The notes: generated by a model from the sequence alone, not told the origin. DNA of 64,000 nucleotides from Nitrososphaerota archaeon (GCA_016190055.1 JACPRH010000017.1:6601-70600), one strand, 5' to 3'; shown: positions 27,875 to 37,735, counted from the stretch's first letter. Translations and numbers: made by a program.

Positions 27875-28384
27875 TTACTGTTTCTTCGGGATTGGTTCCA
27901 CTACGACCTTCATCGGGGCAGGGAACTTGCTGGCAGCGAGTTTCAGAGCCAGCTTTGCTTTGCCGAGCTTATCGTTCTTGATGCTTAGCTCAAGGATGGT
28001 GTCGCCTGGCCTTACTCGTGCAGCTAACCCGGTTGGTTTCCCATAGGCCTTCCGCATTCCTTCCTGAAGACGGTCTGCACCAGCAGTAGCAATCATCTTG
28101 TTCTCACGCAGAATAATGTGAGGATACTTCTTCACCATCAGGAAGTACTCTTCAAAACCATCCTCGTTGATCTTCTTGTTAGCAGCGACACGGGTCGCCT
28201 CAATAGCTGTATCCCTAACCTGAACACGCTCAGTCGTAATAAGCTTCAGCTTCCAATCATAATCAATCTTAGCGGTTCCAGTGGTGAACTTGGCAATCCT
28301 TACATCACGAGCACCAGGCAAAAACTTCTTCCGAGTAGTCGCCTGTCCACGTGCAAGCTTATAGTTACGTCCCTTCAAACTCAC
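27875..28384 (-). CDS. rpl10e: 50S ribosomal protein uL16 (L10e)
   Basis: YPHIILRENKMIATAGADRLQEGMRKAYGKP. Confidence 0.95.
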   Translation of the reverse strand: MSLKGRNYKLARGQATTRKKFLPGARDVRIAKFTTGTAKIDYDWKLKLITTERVQVRDTAIEATRVAANKKINEDGFEEYFLMVKKYPHIILRENKMIATAGADRLQEGMRKAYGKPTGLAARVRPGDTILELSIKNDKLGKAKLALKLAASKFPAPMKVVVEPIPKKQ

Positions 28385-28697
28385 TCAGCCCCTCTCTAAA
28401 TCCTTCTCGATGCGCAAACTGTTTCGAAACCGGTAATTAAGCCTGACGGACACAGGCTCATGTTAATGCCTAGAAGTCCAAACGTAACTAGAATACCACC
28501 GAGGAAAAGGAAGGCCATCGTTTCCCTAAAGGTAAGAACCCAATAGGAGTACCATAGTGGCGAAAGTAGTTACTCTAAAGCGGCTAGGAATAAGTAAAAA
28601 ATGTTTCTTAGGCGCATCTTCGTTAATAATTTGCCACACTTAAAGATCCACACTCACCACAAAAGACTTAACGGTACCAGCGTCGGTTGTCTATTTT

Positions 28698-29018
28698 ATG
28701 GATAAATCATATCGCGCTCATTTCAAGTGGGAAGTTAGCGAGCGCGACGAAAACGGGAAAGTATCATCAATGATAAAAGTCACAAGACCAGGTGGAATAA
28801 GTGAAAAGGATGAACAAGAAATAAAGGATTATCTGGCAGAAGTATTTCCTAGAGCGCAATACAATATAATATATTCAAAGCATAATGATGATAGTGATAA
28901 TGATAACTTGATAGCGCACGTTCACTTGACTCCCGATGAAAGGCAGAGGAGACTCGTTGCAGGAGAGAACCCGACGGTCACAGGTCCAGAGATTAATGGC
29001 AAGCTCAGGCTGAAATAG
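28698..29018 (+). CDS. Hypothetical protein
   Basis: ATG-initiated 106-aa ORF with no recognised motif. Confidence 0.5.
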   Translation: MDKSYRAHFKWEVSERDENGKVSSMIKVTRPGGISEKDEQEIKDYLAEVFPRAQYNIIYSKHNDDSDNDNLIAHVHLTPDERQRRLVAGENPTVTGPEINGKLRLK

Positions 29019-29158
29019 TTCTAAAACCTGAAACCTCATCCATATCTCAATGTTCTTTCAGGAATCCGCCGCAAAAAAAACAACCTTAGCCTAGGTCAAA
29101 AAACAACAGAATCGCTTCAGCGTCAACTATTAATACGGAAGCAGCAGGCGTTGAGGCA

Positions 29159-29229
29159 GGCTATGGCATTAGCCTTAGCGTAACAGCCTAGAACCGCATC
29201 CCTCAAACAAGGATGCTGATAATGCCTAC
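29159..29229 (+). ncRNA. Fluoride riboswitch (crcB motif)
   Basis: GGCTATGGCATTAGCC...AACCGCATCC-loop-GGATGCTGATAATGCCTAC fits the crcB consensus (GGCATT/AATGCC pseudoknot) and lies directly upstream of fluC. Confidence 0.85.
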
Positions 29230-29268
29230 CTAGCACAATAAGAGTGAAAAACAGTAGGTAGGCAAAAG

Positions 29269-29658
29269 TTGAAAGGAATTGAATTAGTTTTCCTGTTAAT
29301 CGGAGGCACAGTCGGACTCTACCTCCGCTACCGAATGACAGCCCAGTCAGCAACAATCGGGCCCCTCCCCGTGACCGTTCTGCTCGTCAATATCCTAGGC
29401 AGCTTCATGCTCGGCGTCTTCTCAATCCTCGCCATCTCATGGAGCCTAGACGCAAAATACGCGCTACTCGTAGCGGTCGGATTCTGCGGCTCATTCACCA
29501 CAATGTCCTCATTCGCACTAGACACAGTCAACCTCATAGACCACAAACAAATAGAGGCGGCCATCATCAACATATTCGCAAACATCAGCTTATCCCTAGC
29601 AGCAGTAATTGCAGGCAGAACCCTAATCAACATACTACTAGAACTAACCCTACACTAG
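29269..29658 (+). CDS. crcB: Fluoride efflux channel Fluc/CrcB
   Basis: GG..G..LRY, TVLLVNILGSF, GFCGSFTTMSSF. Confidence 0.92.
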   Translation: MKGIELVFLLIGGTVGLYLRYRMTAQSATIGPLPVTVLLVNILGSFMLGVFSILAISWSLDAKYALLVAVGFCGSFTTMSSFALDTVNLIDHKQIEAAIINIFANISLSLAAVIAGRTLINILLELTLH

Positions 29659-29767
29659 AAGTATCTAGAATAGGCGAACAGGCCAGTTTTGAAACCAGAT
29701 GAGTACCTAACCAACCGAAAATTTGCGTCGAAGTTCTTAATATAGGAAGGCATTTCTGAAAGATACC

Positions 29768-30004
29768 GTGGTGCAAATGCTGAACTACCGCATCATGCTT
29801 AGAAAAGAGCCAGAAGGAGGTTACACAGTTACTGTATCAACGCTTGCTGGCTGTATTACCTATGGTGAAAATGTGGATGAGGCAATATCTAATGCAAGAG
29901 AAGCTATAGAGCTGTATATCGAGAGCCTAAAGGAGCATGGGGAAGATATTCCAACCGAAGAAGGAACCTTAGAATACATCTTGACTATCAGGTCAAATGC
30001 TTAA
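29768..30004 (+). CDS. hicB: HicB family antitoxin
   Basis: EPEGGYTVTVSTLAGCITYGENVDEAISNAREAIELY; only a short hicA-like stub (MLKPPSLT) follows. Confidence 0.8.
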   Translation: MVQMLNYRIMLRKEPEGGYTVTVSTLAGCITYGENVDEAISNAREAIELYIESLKEHGEDIPTEEGTLEYILTIRSNA

Positions 30005-30067
30005 ACCTCCTTCTCTTACGTCTGTGAAAAACTTAAATCATACATCTTGTAAGACACGGTGTAAGAC

Positions 30068-30286
30068 ATGCCAACGATTAGTATCAGAATTTCTGAGAAG
30101 GAGAAGAAGGAGTTACTTGAATATGGGAATCTATCAGACTCCGTTAGAGAGGCTCTACGCCTCTACCTAGACAAGAAAAAGTCTCAGCGAATACTGCGTA
30201 GACTCGAAGAGCTTCAGCGAAAAAACCCCGTGAAGACCACAACGCTGGATGAGGTTAAACTTCTCAAGGAGGATAGAGGCCGCTGA
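30068..30286 (+). CDS. RHH-type antitoxin
   Basis: MPTISIRIS...LSDSVREAL...LLKEDR; TGTAAGACA direct repeats at 30048 and 30060. Confidence 0.75.
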   Translation: MPTISIRISEKEKKELLEYGNLSDSVREALRLYLDKKKSQRILRRLEELQRKNPVKTTTLDEVKLLKEDRGR

Positions 30287-30663
30287 AGGTTGCCGACAGC
30301 AGCTATATCGTAGAAGGCTTGCTTAAACACAAAAAACTTTTGGGGAAAGACGAGTTTCTTACGCCGGATCTAGCGCTTTACGAAATAACTAACTCCGTCT
30401 GGAAACATCAATATATCCTCAAAGATCTTGAGAACGGTCTACCCTACATATCGATACTCTATGATTTAGTTGACTCAGGCGCAATAAAAATAGTGTCACC
30501 CAATGAAAAAATCTTATTCAGATCATATGATATCGCTGCGAGAAGTAAGGCGTCGATATACGATGCGATATTTATTGCTCTTTCACTAGAGACCAATCTA
30601 GAATTAAAGACTTTCGATAAACAGCAGACTGAAATCATGCTGCATGAAACCAAACTGCAGTGA
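30283..30663 (+). CDS. PIN-domain toxin (VapC-like), probable CTG start
   Basis: (M)KVADSSYI, TPDLALYEITN, SIYDAIFIAL, TFDKQQ. Confidence 0.75.
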   Translation: MKVADSSYIVEGLLKHKKLLGKDEFLTPDLALYEITNSVWKHQYILKDLENGLPYISILYDLVDSGAIKIVSPNEKILFRSYDIAARSKASIYDAIFIALSLETNLELKTFDKQQTEIMLHETKLQ

Positions 30664-30750
30664 ACTGACGCTTCCTATTTTCAATACCATCCGGAATTAT
30701 GTTCGAGATTACGCCTAGGAAGATAAGGAACAGACTCTTTATCTATACAC

Positions 30751-32010
30751 ATGATATCACGTAGGGGCACTTTGTCTGAAGACCGTTTTATCCTCGTCAC
30801 CGCTCAGGGGGAGCTTTCGCTAGCTGAGGTTGCAGCCTACCTCAACAAAAGCGGAGCGCATTTTCAGGTAGAGGCTTCTTCAAGCCAAACAGCGATTCTC
30901 TACGCGCCCAAGCTTGACGCCAAGAAGATGATGGATAGGCTCGGTGGACTCTTCAAGATTGGGGATGCAGCCTGCGTCCTCCACGAGAAGGATGTTGAAG
31001 ATATAGATGTGCTGACGGAGAAGCTCAACAACACGGCAAAGTTCTACGACTGGGTTGAGGACAAGGCTCGGTGGAGCATCTCAACTTACAGCGACGAAAC
31101 AGGCTTCGACACCGACTTCCCAGCACTCCTGCAGGAATACTTCAAACAACGGTTGAGAAACGACCATGTGAGCAAAGCTCGATATGTGCCCCCGAAACGC
31201 ACCCGAGAAATCGATCAGGAAATCATCGCGGACGAACTGATACGGCAGAAAATACTTGACGGCGGCTTCGAAATAATGGCGGCGCATCTAGCCGGCAAAT
31301 ACTACGTCGGCAGAACCCTTGCAGCCATATCTAACGAGGAGTACCGAAAACGAGACCTTGGCCGCCCAGTTCAAAACCCTAGGCTCACCATACCGCCAAA
31401 AATAGCTCGAATACTGATTAACCTCACCGGCTTAGGACCCGGTCAATCGCTCCTAGATCCTTTCTGCGGACTAGGAACAATCCTGCAGGAAGCCGCGGTT
31501 CTCGGCCTCAAAGTCACTGGATGCGACATAAGAGGTGACCGCGTCGAAGGAGCAGCTGAAAACATGAAATGGCTCGCCGAAACCTACAACCTGAAAATAC
31601 GCGATGTTGAGAAGCAGGTCTTCAGAGCAGACGCGAAAAACCTCTCACAAATAATCAAGAGACCAATAGACGGCATCGCCACCGAACCGATCTTGCTACC
31701 TCCACTCAGAAGCTACCCGTCGGAAGCAAACGCCACAAAAATGCTGCAGGAAGCCGCAGAAACATATGAAGAAACCATACCCGAAATGGCGGCTGTCCTG
31801 AGAAGCCATGGAAAACTAGTGCTAGTGGCCCCGTACATTCAGACCAACAGCGGAAGCAAAGTATCCTTCAACCTAGAAGACGTGTTCAAAGAAGCAGGGT
31901 TGAAACTACATAAATTCACCCATCTGCCCTCACTAGGCACCCCGGTGATGGCGCCACCGGCCCGCGACCAAAAAATCCGCAGAGGCGTCTACGTACTAGA
32001 CAAGCTCTAA
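30751..32010 (+). CDS. Trm11/TrmG10-like RNA methyltransferase
   Basis: IPPKIARILINL, LLDPFCGLGTILQEA, ATEP. Confidence 0.75.
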   Translation: MISRRGTLSEDRFILVTAQGELSLAEVAAYLNKSGAHFQVEASSSQTAILYAPKLDAKKMMDRLGGLFKIGDAACVLHEKDVEDIDVLTEKLNNTAKFYDWVEDKARWSISTYSDETGFDTDFPALLQEYFKQRLRNDHVSKARYVPPKRTREIDQEIIADELIRQKILDGGFEIMAAHLAGKYYVGRTLAAISNEEYRKRDLGRPVQNPRLTIPPKIARILINLTGLGPGQSLLDPFCGLGTILQEAAVLGLKVTGCDIRGDRVEGAAENMKWLAETYNLKIRDVEKQVFRADAKNLSQIIKRPIDGIATEPILLPPLRSYPSEANATKMLQEAAETYEETIPEMAAVLRSHGKLVLVAPYIQTNSGSKVSFNLEDVFKEAGLKLHKFTHLPSLGTPVMAPPARDQKIRRGVYVLDKL

Positions 32011-32744
32011 GCATCATCATCGTTACCATTATCATTTGCCGCCGGCCTCGTCTTGACGGCTCTGTTCGCAAGCCTAAACAGCCCGAGCAACAAAGTGGCC
32101 TCCCGTGAAGACGGTCTTCCTCTACTGATTAGCCGGTTGACAGCGGTCTCGACGATCGGAATCTTGTACTCAGCGTAGCCGAGAGCTTTTGCGAGGTTAA
32201 CCGTGTACTGCACAACACGGTTACGCTGCTCCTCATTCGCAACTGTATCCAAATCCTCGAAAGTGTGTTTTGAAAGCTCGTAGAGAAGAATGGCTGCAGC
32301 GTGACTGATGTTCAGGGTTGGGTAGGAAGGTGCCGAGTATATGCTGACAACCATATCCAACGCTTCAAGCTCCTCATTCGTTAAACCAGTGGTCTCCCGA
32401 CCGAACACCAAGCAAACAGACCCGGAGAAACGACTAAGCTCCTCAGCCATAAAACTAGGAGGAACAGTTGATCTCAAAACATTGCTAGGACTCACTTTAA
32501 AAATAGCAGTGGTCCCCACAAGATAATCAAACCTACGCAGATCCTCGAAACTGCAGATCTTAGCATCATCCAGCACCGAAACAGCATGCGAAGCAAACAT
32601 CCTAGCCTTACCTAAATCAACCTCAGGCTTCACAAGCAGCAAATCGTGAAAACCAAAGTTAGCCATAACCCGCGCAACATGACCAACATTTACCTCATAC
32701 CTCGGCTCAACCAACGCAACACTAAGCCTCAACAGCAACAACAC
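32007..32744 (-). CDS. trmJ: tRNA (C32/U32) 2'-O-methyltransferase, TrmJ family
   Basis: LVEPRYEVNVGHVARVMANFG, VFGRETTGLTNEEL, YPTLNISHA. Confidence 0.85.
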   Translation of the reverse strand: MLLLLRLSVALVEPRYEVNVGHVARVMANFGFHDLLLVKPEVDLGKARMFASHAVSVLDDAKICSFEDLRRFDYLVGTTAIFKVSPSNVLRSTVPPSFMAEELSRFSGSVCLVFGRETTGLTNEELEALDMVVSIYSAPSYPTLNISHAAAILLYELSKHTFEDLDTVANEEQRNRVVQYTVNLAKALGYAEYKIPIVETAVNRLISRGRPSSREATLLLGLFRLANRAVKTRPAANDNGNDDDA

Positions 32745-32788
32745 CTACTGCTACTTACTACTCTTCAAAACCGTCGCCAACCCATATT

Positions 32789-33382
32789 TCAAATTGATGC
32801 CACCGACAAGCAGCGGCGCGCCTCAACCGCAGAGAGCTCCTCAAAGAAGAAGCGAACCTGCTTCAACAAACGGGTCTCAAAACCAAGCCCCTTAACGTAT
32901 CTGAGCATATCTTCAGCATCCGAGAGACTAGAGACCAAGAAGACTATCCGCCCATCCCGCTGGAGACATCTCGAAGCATCTTGAAACCACGCCTCCGAAA
33001 CCTCAACCCCGCCGCGCCCACCATCAACCGCCTTATCCTCAACCCCGCTTGAAGGCAGGTAAGGCGGATTAAACACCACAAGATCAAACACACCTTCCCG
33101 AAACGACCTCGCCGAATCCCCGCAGACAAAATCAACCCCACCTCGAGAAGCAACTCGATCTTTCGCCATCTTGACCGCCGCGGGATCAACATCAACACCC
33201 ACAGCTGAGCCAAACCTTGCAGCCAGCTCCACGATCACCGCGCCGGAGCCGACACCTATCTCCAGAACCCGCTCCCCAGCATATTCTTGAACAGCGTCTA
33301 TCAGGAGAAGTGTATCCTTAGCAGGAGAATAAACCGCGCCACGGTCACCAACAGGAGCATGACTCTTTTCTCGACTGGTCAA
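32789..33382 (-). CDS. HemK2/MTQ2 protein-glutamine methyltransferase
   Basis: VYSPAKDTLLL, LEIGVGSG, FNPPYLP, DGGRGG. Confidence 0.85.
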   Translation of the reverse strand: MTSREKSHAPVGDRGAVYSPAKDTLLLIDAVQEYAGERVLEIGVGSGAVIVELAARFGSAVGVDVDPAAVKMAKDRVASRGGVDFVCGDSARSFREGVFDLVVFNPPYLPSSGVEDKAVDGGRGGVEVSEAWFQDASRCLQRDGRIVFLVSSLSDAEDMLRYVKGLGFETRLLKQVRFFFEELSAVEARRCLSVASI

Positions 33383-34140
33383 TCGGTGGATTTCACCAGC
33401 CTCTTAGCTATGTTTACTGCTTCATCGACAGTTAGATGTTCAACCCGCGTCCTAAGCATCTCATCGCCGAGGGTTTCCCGGAAACGTTGAAGCTTCATCT
33501 CATCCTTGAAAATGTGCTTCAGAGCCGATGACACCTGCCTACCTCTGAATGAAAACAAGGTTTTCAAAGACGAAACCAGATGCAAATCCACTTGCACATC
33601 TTTTCTAAGCTGGAGCAGAAGCACAGTCGAATCCACTTGAGGAGGAGGAGAAAACGCTTCACGCCCCACATCAAACAGCCGTGTCACCTGAAAGAACGCC
33701 TGCGCCACAGCAGTCACAGCCCGATAGTTATCTGCACCCGGCTCCGCTAGAAGCTTATCACCGAACTCCTTCTGAATAGTCATCACAGCCCGCTCAGGCC
33801 GCTTCTCAACCAGCCACTCAACGAACTGCCTCGACCTCGAATACGGGATATTCGAAACCAAGACATTGAAGGACCTGTTGACCGAGAAGCCGTCCCCCAA
33901 AATCAGCTCAAGATTTTGACAGCCCTGAAGATTAGAAGCGGCAACCTCGAACATGCCACGGTCAATCTCAGCTGAAATAACCTGTCCCGCGTACCGACAC
34001 AGCCGCTCCGTCAGATCACCCTCACCGGTACCGATCTCGAAGACAATCGAATCCTTTGAGAGGTGAGCAGTCTCAACTATCCGGTCGAGAATCTCAGCGT
34101 CCTTCAGCAGATGTTGACCAAGCTTACGCCGGCGCTTCAC
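33379..34140 (-). CDS. ksgA: 16S rRNA adenine dimethyltransferase
   Basis: LGQHLL, EIGTGEG, SNIPY, QKEF, FSPPPQVDS. Confidence 0.92.
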   Translation of the reverse strand: MKRRRKLGQHLLKDAEILDRIVETAHLSKDSIVFEIGTGEGDLTERLCRYAGQVISAEIDRGMFEVAASNLQGCQNLELILGDGFSVNRSFNVLVSNIPYSRSRQFVEWLVEKRPERAVMTIQKEFGDKLLAEPGADNYRAVTAVAQAFFQVTRLFDVGREAFSPPPQVDSTVLLLQLRKDVQVDLHLVSSLKTLFSFRGRQVSSALKHIFKDEMKLQRFRETLGDEMLRTRVEHLTVDEAVNIAKRLVKSTD

Positions 34141-34205
34141 TGCAGAGAAGTCCCCTATTCTTCTTCCCTAGGCACCGCGCCCAAGCAAGCCGAGTGCTCA
34201 TTTGC

Positions 34206-34775
34206 CTACCGGCGGACGAAGATGTTGATGCGTGAGCCTCCCGCCATCTCTTCAACGATTCTTTTCGCGATAAGCTTAGCAGGATCTCTCAGCCCAGTTC
34301 TTTCTTGTAGATCTTGGAAGCTTGTGAATGGTTTACGCTCCCGCTCGCGGATTAACTGATGCATGAAGGTTTTCCCAATCCCCGGGATCAGTTCAAGAGC
34401 GTGCAGTCTAGGTGTAACAGGTTGAAGACGGTTCATAATGTCGACGTACTTCTCCTCCTTGTTCTTCACAAGCTGCTCGACAGCGGGTTCAAGCTCGCTC
34501 TTAGCGTCGCCAGTAAGCTCCTCATACGTCAGCTTGCCTAAGACGCTCACAATCTTCGCGCGACCCTCCTTCCCAATGTAGATCCGCTCACCGGGATCAA
34601 AGTCAGATCCGGTTATAGCGAGTATCTCTAGAAGCGTAAGCATATCTTCTCCGACGGCCTGCACAATCGGGCCCTCACGGCCTTTAATGACTTGAGATCG
34701 ACCCCGCTGAACAAAGTCCAAGACGTAAGCGTACTCTTCATACTTCTTCTGGGGGTGTAAACTACTACTTACCAA
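34206..34775 (-). CDS. DUF655 predicted RNA-binding protein
   Basis: EEYAYVLDF, RLHALELIPGIGK; conserved neighbour of rpo4 and ksgA. Confidence 0.88.
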   Translation of the reverse strand: MVSSSLHPQKKYEEYAYVLDFVQRGRSQVIKGREGPIVQAVGEDMLTLLEILAITGSDFDPGERIYIGKEGRAKIVSVLGKLTYEELTGDAKSELEPAVEQLVKNKEEKYVDIMNRLQPVTPRLHALELIPGIGKTFMHQLIRERERKPFTSFQDLQERTGLRDPAKLIAKRIVEEMAGGSRINIFVRR

Positions 34776-34932
34776 TCTAATATCCTCCGAGGAGCGAGTT
34801 TAACGTGAAGTCTCCGGTTCAAGCCGGGAAAATATAGTGCACACTACTGCATAACTTTTAGTCAATTTCTCCCGCTCACTCTAATTAAGGCTTTAAGGTG
34901 TTATCTGCCTTTAAACTTTCCGCATCTGAAAT

Positions 34933-35253
34933 CTAAATGTTGAGGATTTCGAGAATCTTATCCATTATGTCTTCAGGAAGGAGCTTCTTCCACCCAGATG
35001 TGAAGACACGGAGCTCCTCCTTACTCTTAGGTATAATATTTGTAATCTCAACAGCCTCACGCTCGGAAAGCTTCGCCTCACTAACAAGCCGTTCGCGGAT
35101 CTTCTCAGACTCCTCCGCAGAGGTCTTCGAAAACTTCGACACATAATCAAGCGTACGACGCTGAATCTGATCAGCAGTCTCCGCGTTAAGCCCCCCAAGA
35201 AGCTTCTGAACCTCAGGAAGAGTAATCAGCTTCTTCTCCTTAGTAGCAGACAC
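34933..35253 (-). CDS. rpoF: RNA polymerase subunit F (Rpo4)
   Basis: ITLPEV, RRTLDYVSKFSK, NIIPKSKEELR; synteny with eL21 and DUF655. Confidence 0.9.
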   Translation of the reverse strand: MSATKEKKLITLPEVQKLLGGLNAETADQIQRRTLDYVSKFSKTSAEESEKIRERLVSEAKLSEREAVEITNIIPKSKEELRVFTSGWKKLLPEDIMDKILEILNI

Positions 35254-35263
35254 CGCAGATCAT

Positions 35264-35689
35264 CTACTCCTTAGAAGCACGAGGTGCCTTGGCCTTAGGT
35301 TTAGCGGTAGTCTTAGCCTTAGCCTTGGTAGTCTCAGCTTTAGTCTTAGTTTTAGTCTTAATCTCGGTCTCAGTCTTAGTAGCGGTCTTCCCAACGGAGA
35401 CAGAGGATCCTCGATGAGGTCGGATATGCTCCAGCCGCGGTGATATCTGCTTCATCTTGTTACCGATCGGGAGACTGATAACAAGTGAACGCGGCCGAAT
35501 CTCCTCCACAACTCCAACTTTACCTTGAAATCTTCGATGAGGCATGCCTTTAACCTGACTTGGATCAATATCGATCACAACCTCATCATTAACCGAGTAC
35601 TGCGTCAAGATATTCGATAAACCGTGAGCGTGCTTGCTATCCTTCTTCAAACCTCTTGTCTTATGTCTAAACCCTTTACTGTGCGTCAT
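35264..35689 (-). CDS. rpl21e: 50S ribosomal protein eL21 with Lys/Thr/Ala-rich C-terminal extension
   Basis: SKGFRHKTR, IDPSQVKGMPHRRFQGKVG, EHIRP. Confidence 0.93.
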   Translation of the reverse strand: MTHSKGFRHKTRGLKKDSKHAHGLSNILTQYSVNDEVVIDIDPSQVKGMPHRRFQGKVGVVEEIRPRSLVISLPIGNKMKQISPRLEHIRPHRGSSVSVGKTATKTETEIKTKTKTKAETTKAKAKTTAKPKAKAPRASKE

Positions 35690-35940
35690 CCTCTATTCAC
35701 CCTGAGATATTAGTCGAGCACGGTCTGAAGCTCCCTAATATAGGTGTTGCCATCAAATACCCCTCAACCATTACATTAAGTGAGACACTCGCTCTTAGAC
35801 ATATATGCGAAACACATCCGTTTTCGAGCCGATCAAGCCGATTACGGTAGGTAAAGATCGCTTTGACCACGTTTTTTACTGAGGTTCCACTAAGGCAACG
35901 AAGCGCGTTTGTTTGCTTGCCTGCCAGCCTATTTGCTAAT

Positions 35941-36333
35941 TCACTCTATCTTTAGGCCGATTTTCTTTTGGGCTCGAGGCAGAGTAACTGTTAGGATGCC
36001 ACTGGTGAACTTTGCTCTAGCCTTCTCAGTGTTAACTTTGACGGGTAGATGTATCATCGTTTTGAACGAGTTGAACTCGATGTGTTTCTGAGAAGTGCCC
36101 CACCGCTCCCACTTCAGGTTTTGATGCAGCACCGCTTTGACTTCCAGTGAATTGTCAGTGACGCTCAGCGAAATGTCGTCTTTGCTGGTTACGCAGGGAA
36201 GATCAACCGTCACAACCACGTTATCATCGGTCGTTGACACATCGAGCAGCGGCTCTAAGCAGCTCTCCGAAGCACTCCAGAGCGGCCTGAACTCCTCATC
36301 AAACTCATCAATTACTTCATCAACCCAATCCAC
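35941..36333 (-). CDS. Hsp20/alpha-crystallin small heat-shock protein
   Basis: PLLDV...VDLP...LPVKVNTEKARAKFTSGILTVTLP. Confidence 0.85.
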   Translation of the reverse strand: MDWVDEVIDEFDEEFRPLWSASESCLEPLLDVSTTDDNVVVTVDLPCVTSKDDISLSVTDNSLEVKAVLHQNLKWERWGTSQKHIEFNSFKTMIHLPVKVNTEKARAKFTSGILTVTLPRAQKKIGLKIE

Positions 36334-36386
36334 GGTTCTTCTACCCCCGCTCCCAGCAAGCTCTCAATCTCCATCATCTACTACTG

Positions 36387-37136
36387 TTACCTGTACATGA
36401 TTGGGATGCCTTGCTCCATAGGCTTCTGCATATCAGTAATCGAGCCTTCAGCCTGCTTCATTAGGTCCCGCGCCTTCACACGAATCTCATCACCCTTCTC
36501 AAGAAGACTCTTCACTTCCACGTTCGTCCCGATGAGCTTGTTTAGAGCCTGAATCACTGAGGCGGCGGCACCCGGATCCGGGTACTTCAAGAAGGATTGA
36601 GACAGAAGCGCGACCGCAGGCAGCTCAATCCTGCTAGACTCCTTCAGCAGAACCGCGTAAATCCCGGCGATGAAACCCTCCTCCATCACCTCTATACCTT
36701 TGTTCTTCAGAAACTCCCGCGACTCAATATTGTTAGCTACACCGTAAACACTGGGCGTCTGAATGTCAACCCGCTCCTGAACAGGAACTCCGCTGAGCGA
36801 AACAGCCAGCTTCACATTCTTCGACTTGAACCACTTAATGATAGCGCGAGCAGCAGGGTTAAGCGCAGTAATAGGCAGTGGAACCTCCGACGTCAAAACA
36901 AGCAGATTCTCATTCCCGTAAATCCGAACCGGATCCTTCAGAATACCGTCATGCAGAACCATAACAGGAGGAAACTCATCCGACTCCAAGTGAGCTACCT
37001 CACTCAACCCAAGCTGCTCAATTATATGCGACCCCGCTATCGTACCGACCAGCCCAACATCAGGCAACCCCTCAATAGCTATAGGTGAGTGGAACCGCAC
37101 ATCTCGATCTTCAATAACCTGAACTATTTCCGGCAT
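36387..37136 (-). CDS. Proteasome assembly chaperone PAC2 family protein
   Basis: IEGLPDVGLVGTIA, PVRIY, YPDPGAAA. Confidence 0.88.
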   Translation of the reverse strand: MPEIVQVIEDRDVRFHSPIAIEGLPDVGLVGTIAGSHIIEQLGLSEVAHLESDEFPPVMVLHDGILKDPVRIYGNENLLVLTSEVPLPITALNPAARAIIKWFKSKNVKLAVSLSGVPVQERVDIQTPSVYGVANNIESREFLKNKGIEVMEEGFIAGIYAVLLKESSRIELPAVALLSQSFLKYPDPGAAASVIQALNKLIGTNVEVKSLLEKGDEIRVKARDLMKQAEGSITDMQKPMEQGIPIMYR

Positions 37137-37303
37137 CTAAACAAAAAAGGCGAACAACCAATTTAATCCTTATGTTCACCTGCTCTCGCTAAGGCTCCTC
37201 CTAAACCCTTCACTACAAGCATTCCCAGCCAGCGACACAAACCGACTATCAGCTCAGGAGACCCGCAAAGAAATTAAATAGCCAGCATCTCATCACAAGA
37301 GCC

Positions 37304-37735
37304 GTGGTTACAGTAGCAGACGTTATGACGAAGGACGTTGTCACCATCGAAGGCGACAAAACAGTCCTAGAGGCCGCTAAAACGATGCGGCTGAAAAAGT
37401 TCAGCAGTCTAGTTGTCACAGACAAAGGAAAGACAGCGGGCATCGTAACCGAGCGGGACCTCGTCAGAAAAGTCTTGGCTGAAGACCGTGACCCCAACAA
37501 ACTGCTGATCTATCAGATAATGTCCACCGAGTTAATCACTACAACTCCTGAAACATCGATCGAAAACGCCGCCAAAGTCATGACTGAACAGCGCGTCAGA
37601 CGATTACCCGTCATGAAGAACAAAAAACTAGTAGGCATCATCACAGCCAGCGATATTGCCAGACACCTCAGCGACGCCACCAGCAGCATAGAAATGCTCC
37701 TACGATCGCTCAGAAAATCCCCAAACCACATCTAA
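37304..37735 (+). CDS. CBS domain pair protein
   Basis: VADVMTKDVVT, GIVTERDL, RRLPV, GIITASDI. Confidence 0.88.
   Translation: MVTVADVMTKDVVTIEGDKTVLEAAKTMRLKKFSSLVVTDKGKTAGIVTERDLVRKVLAEDRDPNKLLIYQIMSTELITTTPETSIENAAKVMTEQRVRRLPVMKNKKLVGIITASDIARHLSDATSSIEMLLRSLRKSPNHI

Noticed and set aside
36597-37088. Long antisense ORFs (e.g. 19893-20396, 36597-37088, 44988-45605, 58134-58583, 63603-63911)
   Set aside because: They overlap well-supported genes on the other strand or frame and have no motifs.
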